DNA of 63,059 nt, filler included, from Hyphochytrium catenoides (lineage: Eukaryota > Protista > Hyphochytriomycota), in NCBI GenBank assembly GCA_900088475.1. It is 12 parts of 12 records of this genome, joined end to end, with 100 filler letters (N's around TTAATTAATTAA, not from the genome) between each part and the next. Parts side by side here need not be neighbours in the genome. Positions count along the whole stretch, not along the records: positions 60,961 to 63,059 come from FLMG01002134.1; 11 more parts are not named here. One strand, 5' to 3'. A program made the translations under genes and the position numbers. The notes beneath the pieces are model-generated. The model was not told the DNA's origin, made no database searches, and saw only the letters and a list, made by a program, of their open reading frames with translations. Positions within the stretch are counted from its first letter, which is position 1. Each line of letters opens with the position of its first letter. Shown here in pieces: positions 61,075 to 63,059 of the stretch.

Positions 61075-61710
61075 TCAGGGTATAGCAGGCGTTGTATATC
61101 CACCAGGAGGCGGGAGAGGGTGCCCAGCTAAAGGTCCCGAATTGGCTGGCTCCTGTGACCCTTTCGTAGACGTCCTGAGAGCTACGTTCGCGGGTTTAGC
61201 AGGCGGCGGCTTAGCCACATCGATGGCTCCTGCGGCCAGCATCATTAGCAGCAGTGTATTCTTCTTAGTAAAAAGCCCTTCAGGCTGTCGATGGTGGTTC
61301 TTGGAAGTCACAATTCTCGATGCTGGTCGCTGCCGCTTATGGTTTCTGGCTCCGATCTGCTCGGCATAAGAGCCAAACTTAGGATTATTGATTGGCTTGC
61401 TACCGCCATGAGGCATATACGAAGGACGCCCACCCCGCTGCAAGCTCCTCCGTGCCATGGGCGGCTCGAAGCCTCTATTCTTTTGAACAGAACTCTTGGA
61501 CGAGTCTACTCCAGCGGCGGCGCCGATAATGGAAGAGGAGGAGGAATAGCCATTGCGATAATAGTGGTCACTGTGTGCCTCCTTGTCATCACTGGCAGCG
61601 AGACGGAGAGACCTGGAGAGCCCTTCTACAGAGGGAACAGATTGCAGCGATACCAAGAGCATCGCCAGCGAGAAGAGGAGAAGAAAGGAGAAAGAAGGAG
61701 CTGGAGTCAT
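61075..61710 (-). CDS. Putative secreted Pro/Ser-rich protein; may be spliced near 61230
   Basis: Signal peptide MTPAPSFSFLLLFSLAMLLVSLQSVPSVEG, then LSRSLRLAASDDKE, RRSLQ and a Pro-rich tail. Confidence 0.6.
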   Translation of the reverse strand: MTPAPSFSFLLLFSLAMLLVSLQSVPSVEGLSRSLRLAASDDKEAHSDHYYRNGYSSSSSIIGAAAGVDSSKSSVQKNRGFEPPMARRSLQRGGRPSYMPHGGSKPINNPKFGSYAEQIGARNHKRQRPASRIVTSKNHHRQPEGLFTKKNTLLLMMLAAGAIDVAKPPPAKPANVALRTSTKGSQEPANSGPLAGHPLPPPGGYTTPAIP

Positions 61711-62052
61711 GGCGATGGCAGGTTGAAGCACGATTGACGCCGAGTAATAGAAAGAATCCTATCTAGCAAGCGTCGCTCACCATAGAAGTGGACAAAGAGG
61801 AGAAGAAGAGAATGTAGGTTGTTGGTTCCGAGAAAGTTATGAACTGAGTTGGTCGTCTGTTCCCTCGATGACACTGGTTAGATGACGAGGAGAAGGAAGA
61901 GAAGAGATCAGATAACCACCATCACGCCATAATTGGCTGATAGTCCGTATCATTCTTTAACGGCGGATGAGCTATCTATCATGAGGGACAACTGGCGTCC
62001 CTCGCTGGGCCGAGAAGAAGAAGTAGAACAGGAAGAGATAGCATCGCGCTTT

Positions 62053-62250
62053 TCTCCAGAGACGGCCCTTCACTTCCTTCCTGTCCGCCCAAAGAAAGTA
62101 AAGATTCTCTTCATCATGGTGTCCCTCGCTGGGCCAAGGAGAAGAATATAACAAGAAGAGGCCACCTACCGTCTTCCTCCAGAGACAGTTCTTCTCTTTG
62201 TTCCTCCTGTCCGCCCCGAGAAACGTAAAAAGATTCTCTTCATCGTTCCG
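62053..62250. repeat. Diverged direct repeat of about 70 bp (62053-62120 and 62177-62245)
   Basis: ctccagagac...cctgtccgccc..agaaa..aaagattctcttcatc occurs twice. Confidence 0.8.
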
Positions 62251-62578
62251 TCCTGAACATCAGTCATCGCTGGCCATCCTAAGAACCAAGGGCTTAACAG
62301 CCTAATATTGACAGAAAGACGGGATCGTAGATCGTAGGCATTCCGTCGTGGAATTGAGAGGAGAGCAGCGGAGCTGGTGATGGGGCATCATAAAGAAGAA
62401 AAAAGGAAGCTGATAGTCAGTAGGACTGGCAGAGATACGGTTTGGCCGTTCTTTATGAATGCATTCTTCTTAGTCCATTAGTAGTGGGCTACCATCTATT
62501 CTTCTTCGTGCCTCTTCCTTCAGTCCGGACGGCGCAGCGTTGGCTGGTTGTTCTACTTCTGACGGGACTCCTTAGTAT

Positions 62579-62756
62579 GTTAGGGTTAGGGTTAGGGTTA
62601 GGGTTAAGTAGACAGTCTAACGGGGACAAACTAAGAAGAGGTAGGCGAATACCTGTATAAGGTACAGCCATTTTAGGTCATTTACCTAATTGTCTTTATA
62701 AAAAATAAACAGTAGTTCTCGGTTAGGGTTAGGGTTAGGGTTAGGGTTAGGGTTAG
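62579..62756 (+). repeat. Two interstitial telomeric arrays: (TTAGGG)4 at 62580-62603 and (TTAGGG)5 at 62723-62752
   Basis: Read directly; the arrays are separated by about 115 bp of unique, partly AT-rich DNA. Confidence 0.93.
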
Positions 62757-63059
62757 AGTGTAAATAATCTTCTCCTTCTTCTTCTTCTTCTCCTTCTTCG
62801 TCTGCTCCTTCTTTTCCTCCTCCTTTCACTTCTTCTTCTTTCACTCTTCTTCTTCTTCTTCTTTTACTTAGGGTTCTTAGTTATCAGCAAGAATTCTAAA
62901 TGATAAACAACGGGCAGCAGGAGAGAGGGAAGAAAGAAAAGAAGGAAGGAGGAGGTAAAGGAAGGAGAAGAAAGCCATAAATAATGAGAGGCCAAAGTGA
63001 AGAGACGCCCGGAGAAAGCCTAAGAAAAGAAAGCTGCTTTGACTCGGCTCTTCCAACGG

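Noticed and set aside
62579-62756. True chromosome end
   Set aside because: The arrays are short and followed by about 300 bp of non-telomeric sequence.

Overview
This is eukaryotic draft sequence, not one locus. Twelve unordered contigs/scaffolds are joined by an artificial linker (about 44 N + TTAATTAATTAA + about 44 N), so synteny cannot be read across linkers. The genome is intron-rich (GT-AG) and saturated with (AG)n/(CT)n microsatellites, which explain most ORFs in the supplied track. It has TTAGGG repeats and looks protist-like, possibly stramenopile (inference only). Manual splicing recovers these genes: a SYP7-like Qc-SNARE, PDIA6, a G6PD/H6PD-like C-terminus ending in KEEL, METTL6/METTL2, uL15m, a PH + Arb2/FAM172A fusion, a TM-ankyrin protein, a B-box protein, a delta-9 desaturase, a PI4K-beta-like fragment, a KPVA(A/T)-repeat protein, a DFD-type AGC kinase, a C365.16-like membrane protein, an intronless ADP-ribosylglycohydrolase, a decayed SET gene, an IQ + 7xWW protein, a PTEN-like/C2 protein and a secreted RSLR protein. 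It also holds a defective Ty1/copia element and a copia gag relic. The best leads are the PH-Arb2 fusion, introns bracketed by complementary (AG)m...(CT)n tracts, an ER-retained monofunctional G6PD-like enzyme, a 930-bp foldback, and oriented telomeric repeats upstream of genes. All family calls come from motif recognition by eye; no database search was run.
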